From Spirochaetota bacterium (GTDB taxonomy: Bacteria > Spirochaetota > GWE2-31-10), in contig JBGUUT010000126.1 of the NCBI GenBank assembly GCA_045133795.1, forward strand, positions 7,943 to 71,942: 64,000 bases of DNA, read 5' to 3'. Both the position numbers and the translations under genes were made by a program. Positions 37,863 through 46,711 of the stretch are shown here, piece after piece. A model generated the notes under the pieces. It made no database searches, was not told where the DNA came from, and saw only the letters and a program-made list of their open reading frames with translations. Each line of letters opens with the position of its first letter. The first letter of the stretch is position 1.

Positions 37863-39129
37863 TAAAAAGAAAACTATTGGTTCTATAATAGGAGAAATTT
37901 GTCAGCATATAGTTCTAATCTTTATTGCTTTTGTTGTATTAGTTCCTATTATAGAAGTTGTATTTGCAGGTTTTCGTAAGAATCAGGCAATTTATGGACC
38001 TCATTTTGGGTTGATTCCTATTATTGATACAAATACTTGGATTGATACAAATGAGTCAGACAGACGTGCCAATATGGTAAAAAAGAACGTTTTGATTGCT
38101 CGTTTTACAAATGCAGTAGATGGAATGTCTGAATTAGAGATAATGGATAATGAAGTTGTCGGAAAATTAAAAGTTGCTTCGGCAAAGAAAACTGATAGTG
38201 TAGCAGCACAGGATGTTAAAAATACTTTTATCAAAATGGTAAAAGGTAATGGAAAAAGCACTTTAGTTGACCTTTTCAAAACTTCATTTGATAATTGGAA
38301 AGCTGATTCTGCAACGGATTCGAAAGCTGTAAAAACAGTCGAAGATATGTTCTTCTCTAGTAACGGTGCAATGAGATATGTTTATGATGTTCGATTTACA
38401 TTCGATAACTATAAAATATTTTTTACCGGTATAGGTGTTCCTGATAATCCGAGAGCAAAATTCCCTATGTTGAAATGGTTTTTGAATTCAATAATTGTTT
38501 CATTGTCTGTTGCTATAGTACAGTTGGCAATTGTTGCGTTAGCTGGATATGCATTCAGCCGTTTTAACTTTGGTGGTAAAAAAATTGGATTGATGACAAT
38601 CTTAACTATTCAGGTATTCCCTGGTACCATGGCTATGGTTGCATTGTATTTGTTGCTTACATATTTAGGAAAGATTCATCCGATATTTGGTTTGAATAGT
38701 TTGGTCGGATTGATATTGATTTATCTAGGTGGTGGTATTCCGTTCAATATTTGGATGGTAAAAGGATACTTTGATTCAGTTCCTAAAGCACTTGAAGAAT
38801 CTGCTATGATTGACGGTGCTACACCATGGCAGGCATTTACAACAATTATTTTGCCTTTAGTTCGTCCTATTTTGGCTGTAGTAACAATTCTTCAGTTTGT
38901 AGGTCAATATAACGAATACGTTTTGGCTTCTGTAATGTTGACTTCTCCTGAAAACTTTACTTTAGCGGTAGGTTTACAATCATTTATTGCTGGTCAAGGT
39001 GCAATGAATACCAGATTCGGTATTTTTAGTGCGGCAGCGTTTATCGGTTCATTACCTATTGTAGTATTGTGGTTGTCACTACAAAATCAGATTATTTCCG
39101 GTTTAACAGGTGGATCTGTAAAAGGTTAA
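37855..39129 (+). CDS. ABC sugar permease, MalG-like, with a roughly 150-aa periplasmic insertion
   Basis: TM1, an insertion, then the core with EESAMIDGATPWQAFTTIILP. Confidence 0.75.
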   Translation: MLNKKKTIGSIIGEICQHIVLIFIAFVVLVPIIEVVFAGFRKNQAIYGPHFGLIPIIDTNTWIDTNESDRRANMVKKNVLIARFTNAVDGMSELEIMDNEVVGKLKVASAKKTDSVAAQDVKNTFIKMVKGNGKSTLVDLFKTSFDNWKADSATDSKAVKTVEDMFFSSNGAMRYVYDVRFTFDNYKIFFTGIGVPDNPRAKFPMLKWFLNSIIVSLSVAIVQLAIVALAGYAFSRFNFGGKKIGLMTILTIQVFPGTMAMVALYLLLTYLGKIHPIFGLNSLVGLILIYLGGGIPFNIWMVKGYFDSVPKALEESAMIDGATPWQAFTTIILPLVRPILAVVTILQFVGQYNEYVLASVMLTSPENFTLAVGLQSFIAGQGAMNTRFGIFSAAAFIGSLPIVVLWLSLQNQIISGLTGGSVKG

Positions 39130-39161
39130 TTCACAGGTTGAATTTGGTGATTTAATTTATG

Positions 39162-39205
39162 AAGTGTATTTCTTGGATGTTTTTTCAAGAAATACACTTT
39201 TTTTA
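39162..39205 (+). terminator. Rho-independent terminator after the ABC operon
   Basis: Stem AAGTGTATTTCTTG/CAAGAAATACACTT followed by a T-run. Confidence 0.7.
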
Positions 39206-39221
39206 TTTGTACAGGTGGGGA

Positions 39222-39268
39222 GAATAAAAAAATCTTCCTTATCCTTGAAATGGTTGGATAAGGAAGAT
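39222..39268 (-). terminator. Rho-independent terminator after the flagellar rod gene
   Basis: Stem ATCTTCCTTATCC/GGATAAGGAAGAT with a T-run on the minus strand. Confidence 0.65.
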
Positions 39269-39295
39269 TTTTATTTTTTAAATTAAATTACGGAT

Positions 39296-40150
39296 TTAAC
39301 CTCTTGCAATTCCGGCTTGGTTAATTGCTTTTCCCAATAGATTATCATGGCTTTGAATTGCTTTTTGATTTGCTTCATATAGTCGCTGAACTTCAATCAT
39401 TTGTACCATTTCGGAAACAACATTAACATTAGAACCTTCTCTGAATCCTTGCAAAACTTCAGGGCGATTGTTTCCTGTTGCAATTTGAGCTGAACCCGAA
39501 AATTCTGTTGAATAATATAGTGAGCTACCTTCTTTGCGAAGTTCTCTTTCCCTAGGGAATCTTACGATTTTTAGAGTTCCTATTAATTCTCTTTCTTTCC
39601 ATTCATTTTCATCTTTTTTTACCAAGCGATTAGGATCACTGTCGTATTCTTTATTAACGTAGATATTTCCTTCTTTATCGATTGCGAAGTTATTTTCTTT
39701 GATTTGGATGTATCCGGTTTCAGAAAGAACTTTGTAACCTTCTTTTGTTACAAGATAACCATCTTTATCAAGAGTAAAAGCTCCGTTACGAGTATATCGT
39801 TCGCCTCGTTCGGTTTCGATAGTCATAAAGCCTTTACCGTTGAGTGCAAAGTCAAAATCGTTATTAGTTTCTTTTAAATTTCCCTGCTCCCAAACAGTGA
39901 AGTTTTCATTTAATTCTACTCCGGTTCCTAGTTTCCCTACGACAGGCATAGTATCGTAACTTCCCAAAGGAAAAGACATTAAACCGTCATCGTTTCCACG
40001 TCGAATTTGTATATCAGGAAAAGCTTTCATAACAGCAACATCTTTTTTATATGCTGACAAATCCACATTTGCCATGTTATTAGAAATTATATCCATTTTC
40101 CCTTGCATTACAGACATACCTGCAGCACTAGTATGAATCCCTCTTATCAT
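39296..40150 (-). CDS. flgG: Flagellar basal-body rod protein, FlgG/FlgF family
   Basis: N-terminal MIRGIHTSAAGMSVMQGKMDIISNNMANV and C-terminal SNVNVVSEMVQMIEVQRLYEANQKAIQ, both rod-family signatures. Confidence 0.75.
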   Translation of the reverse strand: MIRGIHTSAAGMSVMQGKMDIISNNMANVDLSAYKKDVAVMKAFPDIQIRRGNDDGLMSFPLGSYDTMPVVGKLGTGVELNENFTVWEQGNLKETNNDFDFALNGKGFMTIETERGERYTRNGAFTLDKDGYLVTKEGYKVLSETGYIQIKENNFAIDKEGNIYVNKEYDSDPNRLVKKDENEWKERELIGTLKIVRFPRERELRKEGSSLYYSTEFSGSAQIATGNNRPEVLQGFREGSNVNVVSEMVQMIEVQRLYEANQKAIQSHDNLLGKAINQAGIARG

Positions 40151-40327
40151 ATTTCCTCCCGTTAATTTAAAAGACAATCATAAAAACTATCGTATTTTTT
40201 TTAGAAACCTTAATGGATGAGGAATATATAAGATTTAAATTGTAGTAAAATTGTCTTATTTATTCCATGAAGTAATTTTTTATGATAAAGTCGATTTTAA
40301 TATTTATTATAGGTTAAGGATGAAAAT

Positions 40328-41908
40328 ATGACAGCAGTAACAGTTAGCGGAGAAAATTTAACAATCGAAGATGTGTGTGATGTTGCGTATAAAAATGAAA
40401 AAGTTCAACTTCCGGAAGATAAACAATTTTGGGAAACGATAGAAAAATCTCGAAAATTTTTAGAAGATTATATTGCAACTGGAGTTCCGACTTACGGTGT
40501 AACAACAGACTTTGGAGATTCTTGTCATAATCAAATTAGTGTGGATAAAGCTGGAGAATTACAGCGTGTAATTTGTACTTACCACGGAATCGGTCTGGGA
40601 CCAAAATTTGATCACGAAACTGCACGTGCTGTAGTTCTTTGCCGTTTAAACGGAAATGTAAAAGGTGGTCATTCGGCAATTAGACCGCAACTTGCGAAAA
40701 TGATGCTTACTTTGCTGAATAAAGATATTATTCCTGTAATTCCGCAACTTGGTTCGGTAGGAGCTTCCGGAGATTTGACTCCGTTAAGTTATGTCGGAGC
40801 TGTAATTATGGGACAGCGTGAAGTTTATTATAAAGGAAAAATTGTTCCGACAATGGAAGCATTTAAGGCTGAAGGAATTGAACCGCTTCCGATAGAAGCA
40901 AAAGAAGGGCTTGCAATTATGAATGGAACATCTGTTATGACTGCAGTTGCTTCTTTAGCTTGGAAAAAAGCAGAACGCCTTGCAAAAATTTCAGACTTTT
41001 TAACAGCAGTTACATCAGAAATTACTCGCGGAAAAGATACGCCTTTTGTTGCTAAAGTCAGTGAAATTAAAAATCATAGCGGACAATGTGAAAGTGCAGC
41101 TTACGTTTATAATATTATTAAAGATTCAAAGCGAGTTTTTCGTTATGAAGACTTTTTGAATAATCAGATAGAAAAAATGGACGGAAAAGGTTTTGTCGCT
41201 CAGCAAAATAAAATTCAAGACAGATATTCTATTCGTTGTGCACCGCAGATTACAGGCGTTTATCGTGATACTTTGCAAATTGCACGCAATTGGATTACGG
41301 AAGAATTAAACTCTGCAAATGACAATCCTTTAGTTGATATTGAAGCCGGTCGTCTTTATAACACAGGAAATTTCTATGGCGGTCATATTTGTGCTGCTTG
41401 TGATTATATGCGTACGGCATTGGCAAATATTTCAGATCTTTCAGATAAACAAGCCGAAGTTATTATTGATGGAAAATTCAATGGTTTAACTGAAAATTTG
41501 ATTCCGTTTACACCGGAAGACCACCCTCGTGCAGGACTTCGTCTCGGATTTAAAGCTGCACAGATTACAATCAGTGCAATTCGTGGTGAAGTAATGAGTT
41601 ATTGTTTTCCTGTAAGTTTAACAAGTCAGCCGACAGAAGCTTTAAATCAAGATAAAGTTTCTATGGGTACAATCAGTGCTCGTAAATGGGCCGAACAAAT
41701 TGAGCTTGTATATTTGCAATTTGCGACACACCTTTTGGCAGCAATGCAAGCTGTTGATTTGGCAGGAAAAGAAGATTTTGCACCGTTTACTAAAAAAGTT
41801 CACGATGAAGTTCGAAAAATCAGTGCCTTTGTTGAAGATGACAGAGAATTGGACAAGGAAGCTACGGAAGTTGCAGAATGGTTGAAAACTACTGATTTAT
41901 TTGCTTGA
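40328..41908 (+). CDS. hutH: Histidine ammonia-lyase family (aromatic amino acid ammonia-lyase, MIO-dependent)
   Basis: GASGDL MIO-forming triad and the overall length. No other hut genes are adjacent. Confidence 0.7.
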   Translation: MTAVTVSGENLTIEDVCDVAYKNEKVQLPEDKQFWETIEKSRKFLEDYIATGVPTYGVTTDFGDSCHNQISVDKAGELQRVICTYHGIGLGPKFDHETARAVVLCRLNGNVKGGHSAIRPQLAKMMLTLLNKDIIPVIPQLGSVGASGDLTPLSYVGAVIMGQREVYYKGKIVPTMEAFKAEGIEPLPIEAKEGLAIMNGTSVMTAVASLAWKKAERLAKISDFLTAVTSEITRGKDTPFVAKVSEIKNHSGQCESAAYVYNIIKDSKRVFRYEDFLNNQIEKMDGKGFVAQQNKIQDRYSIRCAPQITGVYRDTLQIARNWITEELNSANDNPLVDIEAGRLYNTGNFYGGHICAACDYMRTALANISDLSDKQAEVIIDGKFNGLTENLIPFTPEDHPRAGLRLGFKAAQITISAIRGEVMSYCFPVSLTSQPTEALNQDKVSMGTISARKWAEQIELVYLQFATHLLAAMQAVDLAGKEDFAPFTKKVHDEVRKISAFVEDDRELDKEATEVAEWLKTTDLFA

Positions 41909-42055
41909 TAATTACCCTATATATAAAACAAGTTGACAGAAAATAAAAAAAAGATTATATGTTTCAGGCAACTTATCCAATGGAATAATGATAGGAAAAG
42001 AAGCGTAAATAATATGCCGGTTTATCGGTTTACATAAAGTGGAGGACAAGTAACA

Positions 42056-42283
42056 ATGGGAAGATGTTGTGAAGTATGTGGAAAAGGAACTAGTGTTGGA
42101 TATAATGTACCAAGAAAAGGTTTGTGCAAAAAGAAAGGTGGTACAGGTTCTAAAATTGGTGTAAGAACAAAAAGAACATTTAAAGCAAATTTAGTTGATA
42201 AATCTCTTAATGTAGATGGTGAAATGAGAAAAGTAAAAATCTGCATGAGATGTTTGAGAACTTTGAACAAAGTAGAAAGATAA
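42056..42283 (+). CDS. rpmB: 50S ribosomal protein L28 (C4 zinc-ribbon form), divergent
   Basis: MGRCCEVCGKG...NLVD...KVKICMRCL has the L28 pattern (R-x-C-x-V-C-GK N-terminus, a second CxxC, about 75 aa), plus an RBS and a downstream terminator. Confidence 0.55.
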   Translation: MGRCCEVCGKGTSVGYNVPRKGLCKKKGGTGSKIGVRTKRTFKANLVDKSLNVDGEMRKVKICMRCLRTLNKVER

Positions 42284-42300
42284 TATCTTTTGTTTGTGAG

Positions 42301-42333
42301 AAAAGGCAGTCCTGTTTTGGACTGCTTTTTTTA
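42301..42333 (+). terminator. Rho-independent terminator after rpmB
   Basis: Stem GCAGTCC/GGACTGC followed by a T7 run. Confidence 0.65.
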
Positions 42334-42474
42334 TTTGTTGGGGCTAAAATGAATACTGGTTATTTTGATTGTTTGTTTAACTTGAAAAGATATTAAATTG
42401 CTTTGTGGGGGAAGAAAATAAAAAAGCTGCTCTAATCAATAGAACAGCTTTTTTATTTTTACTCACATAAAAAA

Positions 42475-42564
42475 TTATTTTTTCTTATGTCTATTCTTTC
42501 TTAATTTTTTCTTTCTTTTGTGTTTTGCAATCTTTGCTCTTTTTTTCTTTTTTACTGATGGCAT
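42475..42564 (-). CDS. 29-aa extremely basic peptide, bS22-like small ribosomal protein candidate
   Basis: Not in the ORF track. Translation is MPSVKKKKRAKIAKHKRKKKLRKNRHKKK. An RBS AAGGA lies 6-10 nt upstream, and an upstream TTGGCA-N17-TATAGT promoter-like element sits at about 42590-42625 on the minus strand. Confidence 0.45.
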   Translation of the reverse strand: MPSVKKKKRAKIAKHKRKKKLRKNRHKKK

Positions 42565-42663
42565 ATCTATTCCTTTTTCTAAGAATTTTGTTTCCAAATA
42601 ATTTTGTACACTATATACTATTTTCAATAAGTTGCCAAACAATTTTTTGCTTTTAGAGTACTT

Positions 42664-43578
42664 TTAAGCTAAAAAGTTATTCACAAGTGATAGAATTTCA
42701 TCTTCTTGATTTGGTGAAAACCAATAGACGTCATCCATTTTTCTAAACCATGTTAATTGTCGCTTGGCATAGTGTCGAGAGTTTTGTTTAATTTTTTCTA
42801 CAGCTTCTTGAAAAGAACATTTTTTTTCAAAATAATCGAGAAACTCAACATAACCGATACCTTTCATTCCCCAGTCATTTCGTGTATATCCCATTTCTAA
42901 AAGCTTTCTAACTTCATTTTCAAGTCCGGCTTGAATCATAATATCAACGCGTTGATTAATTTTTTCGTATAAATCTTCTCGTGAAATATTTAAGCCGATT
43001 TTCAAATAAGAAACATTGTTTAAATTATTACGTTCTTCCTTATAGAAATCAGAAAGTTTACGACCTGTTCCGAAAAATACTTCTAAGCCACGTAATATTC
43101 GTTGAGAATCGTTTTTACTTAATCTGGTAGATAGTTCATAATCTACAAGTTCAAGCATACGAAATATCCATTCTTTATCGCGTTTTAGCAATAATTCTCG
43201 TAAGCGATTTCGTAAAACTTCATCAATTTTAGGAATGTCGACAATTCCGTTTATTAATGTTGAAAAATAAAATCCCGTTCCTCCGACAAGGAACGGAATT
43301 TTATTATGTTTTGCAATAGAAATAATTTTATCTTCACTGAAGCGTTTAAAATCTCCGGCAGTAAAAGGTTCATCTGGATTTACAACATCAATTAAATGAT
43401 GAATAACTCCGTCTTGTTCTTGCGGAAGAATTTTTGCAGTCCCTATGTCCATGTGACGATAAACTTGCATTGAATCTACAGAAATTATTTCCGCATTATT
43501 CTTTTTTGCAAGTTTTAATGATAAGGCTGTTTTCCCAACGCCGGTAGGTCCAAATAAAGCTACAGCTCGATAATTCAC
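42664..43578 (-). CDS. miaA: tRNA dimethylallyltransferase
   Basis: GPTGVGKT P-loop and the length. Confidence 0.9.
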   Translation of the reverse strand: MNYRAVALFGPTGVGKTALSLKLAKKNNAEIISVDSMQVYRHMDIGTAKILPQEQDGVIHHLIDVVNPDEPFTAGDFKRFSEDKIISIAKHNKIPFLVGGTGFYFSTLINGIVDIPKIDEVLRNRLRELLLKRDKEWIFRMLELVDYELSTRLSKNDSQRILRGLEVFFGTGRKLSDFYKEERNNLNNVSYLKIGLNISREDLYEKINQRVDIMIQAGLENEVRKLLEMGYTRNDWGMKGIGYVEFLDYFEKKCSFQEAVEKIKQNSRHYAKRQLTWFRKMDDVYWFSPNQEDEILSLVNNFLA

Positions 43579-43580
43579 TA

Positions 43581-43778
43581 TTATTCTTCTTCTACTCTAT
43601 ATTTTACTTTTCCTAAAAGAACTTGGCGTAAAGCTGCCGGTACGATTTTACCTTTGTGTGTTTTCTTTACTTCTTCGTCTTTTGTTAAATTAATTTGTAT
43701 TGCTCTTTTTATGGCAGCACAAGTTAATTCATATCTGTTTCCTTTGTAATCGATAAGTTCATCTACTGGTACAATCAT
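43581..43778 (-). CDS. rpoZ: DNA-directed RNA polymerase subunit omega
   Basis: MIVPVDELIDYKGNRYELTCAAIKRAIQI and the position downstream of gmk. The start is trimmed to the internal ATG. Confidence 0.7.
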   Translation of the reverse strand: MIVPVDELIDYKGNRYELTCAAIKRAIQINLTKDEEVKKTHKGKIVPAALRQVLLGKVKYRVEEE

Positions 43779-43806
43779 GTAAACTCCTTTATTATAATTT
43801 ATCAAA

Positions 43807-44373
43807 TTATTCAAAAATGTACTTTTGTAATTCACGATATGCATCATCTAAATCTTTATTTATGATTACATAATCGTATTTGTCTTTTTGTGCAATTTCT
43901 CCGATTGCATTTTTTAATCTTCGTTCAATTGCGTCTTGTGATTCAGTGCCTCTTTTTTCTAAGCGGCTTTTTAACACTTCAATATTTTCCGGTGCAATAA
44001 ATAAAAATATTGCAGGGATTTTTGTATTTCTTACGCTGTCGGCACCTTGAACATCAATATCCAATATACAGTTTTTACCGGCTAAAAGAATCTCTTCGAC
44101 TTCAGTTTTTCCGGTTCCGTAATAATTATCATGTACGCACGCCCATTCAAGAAAATCGTTACTTTCAATTTTTTTCTTAAAAGTTTCAGTGTCTGTAAAA
44201 TAATAATCTTTCCCGTGAGTTTCACCGTTTCTAGGATTTCGAGATGTATACGAAACCGAAAAACTTACTTTATCTGGATATTCCTGAAACAGTCGGTGTA
44301 ATAATGTACTTTTACCGACACCGGAAGGACCGGATATGACTACTAATTTACCTTTATTTTTCGTATTACTCAT
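43807..44373 (-). CDS. gmk: Guanylate kinase
   Basis: GPSGVGKST and the GMP-binding region. Confidence 0.9.
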   Translation of the reverse strand: MSNTKNKGKLVVISGPSGVGKSTLLHRLFQEYPDKVSFSVSYTSRNPRNGETHGKDYYFTDTETFKKKIESNDFLEWACVHDNYYGTGKTEVEEILLAGKNCILDIDVQGADSVRNTKIPAIFLFIAPENIEVLKSRLEKRGTESQDAIERRLKNAIGEIAQKDKYDYVIINKDLDDAYRELQKYIFE

Positions 44374-45240
44374 TTATTCAATATTCCTGATTTGTTCACG
44401 TATTTTTTCAATAGCATTTTTTATTATAATAACACTGTCTGTAATTTTAGATAATGAAACTTTACTGCCGAGAGTGTTAATTTCTCGGTGCATTTCCTGA
44501 CACAGAAAATCTAATCTTTTACCGATGTCGGAAGATTCTTCGCAAATGTTACAAAAATGCTCAATATGATGTTTTAAACGTTCTAATTCTTCGTTTACGC
44601 AAGAATGTGAGACCATTATTCCGACTTCATTTAACAATCTGTCTTGATCTACATGCTCTCCGATAAGTTCATTCATTTTTTTATGAAGCTCATCGAAAAT
44701 ATTTTTTTCCATTTCAGGAATATAAGTTTCGATAACATCGCGACTTTGGCGAATTTCGTCTAAAATACTGAGAATGTTTTTCTTTGTAGATTCGCCTTCT
44801 TTTGCTTTCATTACAAAAACATCTTTTATGTTCTCGGACAAACTTTCTTTTATAACATCAAGATAAGATGAAAAATCACGTTTATTTTCAACATTGAGTA
44901 CATCGTCATAATGCAAAAGATGACTGAGTTTTACTTCGTCATTTAAACCGCAACCTTCAATGAGAGAACGTAAACTGTCTGCATATTGTTTGGCAATTGT
45001 TACATTTGGTTCTATTTTAGAAGTAAGCTCTTTTACTCGAATGAAAACGCTTACATCAACTTTCCCACGAACAAAATGTTTATTTATAAAGTTACGTATT
45101 TCAAGCTCCAAAGAACTCAAAAGTCCCGGAAGTCGAACATTTACTTCAAGAAAACGATGATTTACCGTTTTAATTTCAGTAGAAATATAAGTATCTCCTA
45201 CATAAAAATCTCTAAAAGCATATCCTGTCATTCCAGTCAT
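44374..45240 (-). CDS. yicC: YicC/YloC family stress-induced protein
   Basis: MTGYA N-terminus, the length, and the conserved yicC-gmk synteny. Confidence 0.8.
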   Translation of the reverse strand: MTGMTGYAFRDFYVGDTYISTEIKTVNHRFLEVNVRLPGLLSSLELEIRNFINKHFVRGKVDVSVFIRVKELTSKIEPNVTIAKQYADSLRSLIEGCGLNDEVKLSHLLHYDDVLNVENKRDFSSYLDVIKESLSENIKDVFVMKAKEGESTKKNILSILDEIRQSRDVIETYIPEMEKNIFDELHKKMNELIGEHVDQDRLLNEVGIMVSHSCVNEELERLKHHIEHFCNICEESSDIGKRLDFLCQEMHREINTLGSKVSLSKITDSVIIIKNAIEKIREQIRNIE

Positions 45241-45439
45241 AACTAAAACCTCTTTTGTAAAGGATTATCTATATCATATTCAAAGGTTTTTGGCAATTGA
45301 AAAAGAGTGCGGCGGACTAAGATATAGTATATATACGTTTATGAATAAAGTAAAATTGGGATGTTGAAACAGCGGATTTTTTGGTCAGATTTTTTTTGTG
45401 ATAAAGAAAATTTTCATTTTTTTTGTTTTTAAAAAGCAT

Positions 45440-45468
45440 TTGACATTATTTATTTCTCAAAATATAAT
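45440..45468 (+). promoter_or_regulatory. Consensus sigma70 promoter TTGACA-N17-TATAAT, giving an approximately 230-nt 5' leader for the RRM protein gene
   Basis: Both hexamers are perfect and the spacer is 17 nt. Confidence 0.45.
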
Positions 45469-45702
45469 GTTTTTGCTCTTTGTTATATCCATCGTTGAGA
45501 AAATATTTTGTATTCAATGGTACATGTAGAATACACATTTGTAATTGCTAATATGACTGGGACTTTTGTCCAATTATAAAATACAACTCAAATAAATCTA
45601 ACCTTGAGCTGCTTATCGTTGATAGGCATCTTATTAATAAAAGGAAAAGTCATAAGCTTTTTCTTTGTTCTAATTTTATTTTTTTAAGAGAAGGGAAAAC
45701 CC

Positions 45703-45972
45703 ATGGGAAAGAAAATCTATGTAGGTAACATGAACTACAACACAACACAAGAAACATTGGAAGCAACTTTCGGTGAATTTGGAGCAGTTACATCTGTTAA
45801 AATTATTACAGACCACATGACAGGTCGTCCAAAAGGATTTGCTTTTATTGAGATGGAAACAGAAGATGCAGCTCAAAATGCAATTAATGCACTTAACGGA
45901 AAAGAATTGGATGGAAGAGCTTTGAGAGTAAATGAAGCTCACGATAAACCATTTAACAAAAGACCGGAATAA
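45703..45972 (+). CDS. RRM-domain RNA-binding protein
   Basis: RNP2 IYVGNM and RNP1 KGFAFIEM. Confidence 0.8.
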   Translation: MGKKIYVGNMNYNTTQETLEATFGEFGAVTSVKIITDHMTGRPKGFAFIEMETEDAAQNAINALNGKELDGRALRVNEAHDKPFNKRPE

Positions 45973-46004
45973 GTATTTATCAATGATTTATTATTGAGTT
46001 TTTA

Positions 46005-46031
46005 AAGTGGTCAATAAGACCACTTTTTTTA
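46005..46031 (+). terminator. Rho-independent terminator
   Basis: Stem AAAGTGGTC/GACCACTTT followed by a T-run. Confidence 0.7.
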
Positions 46032-46117
46032 TTGATGTGATTTTGTGTAAATATATTTCAGATTATTAAATCTTGAATACGATAATAAATATTATTTTTT
46101 AATTCGAAGGTTCTGTA

Positions 46118-46711
46118 ATGGCTGTTAGAAAAAAGTTTTTACTTACTATTTTTTTTGTAATCGATATTTTACTAATTCTTATTTCATCAGAAATAATTGC
46201 ATTGAAATTCTCATCGTTATCAAAAGATTATGAAAAGCAATTGTTTGATAATGTTGTTGATAATAAATTATGGCAAGACAGTGAAAGTCTGAAAACAATT
46301 CCGAACGGGGTTATCAGAGTTTTATGGCGTAAATGTTCAGATGAAAAAATATTTTCTCCGATTATTTATGATACTCGTTATTACAAAAATAGCGATTTTA
46401 CATCACGTCTTTCACCTAATTCTTTTAATATATATAAAATGCAGAAGGATAAAGAAGAGTATATTGCATGGATAAAACCGTTTTCGGTTCCGGTTTGTAT
46501 GAGATATATTTTTATTCCGATATTAGTGACGATTTTTATTATTTTATTTTTTAACATAATTTTTATTTTACTGTTTGTTCCTAAGATTGCGGATGAGATT
46601 GTACAAGAAGAAGATTCTGAAGAGGATAATCTTGAAACTAAAACTTATGAGTTGACACCGGAAGAACTTGAAGGTTTGTTAGGTAAAGATGAAGAAGTTG
46701 ACGAGATTTAG
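46118..46711 (+). CDS. Hypothetical membrane protein with an acidic C-terminus
   Basis: Two TM helices and a C-terminal EEDSEEDNLE... tail. Confidence 0.45.
   Translation: MAVRKKFLLTIFFVIDILLILISSEIIALKFSSLSKDYEKQLFDNVVDNKLWQDSESLKTIPNGVIRVLWRKCSDEKIFSPIIYDTRYYKNSDFTSRLSPNSFNIYKMQKDKEEYIAWIKPFSVPVCMRYIFIPILVTIFIILFFNIIFILLFVPKIADEIVQEEDSEEDNLETKTYELTPEELEGLLGKDEEVDEI

Noticed and set aside
42022-42270. 82-aa minus-strand ORF
   Set aside because: It is the antisense shadow of the plus-strand rpmB (L28) gene, which has RBS, zinc-ribbon and terminator support.
43779-43847. N-terminal 23 codons of the 88-aa ORF listed for rpoZ
   Set aside because: The extension overlaps the gmk 3' end and lacks an RBS. 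The internal ATG at 43778 gives the conserved omega N-terminus MIVPVDELI, so I trimmed the gene.
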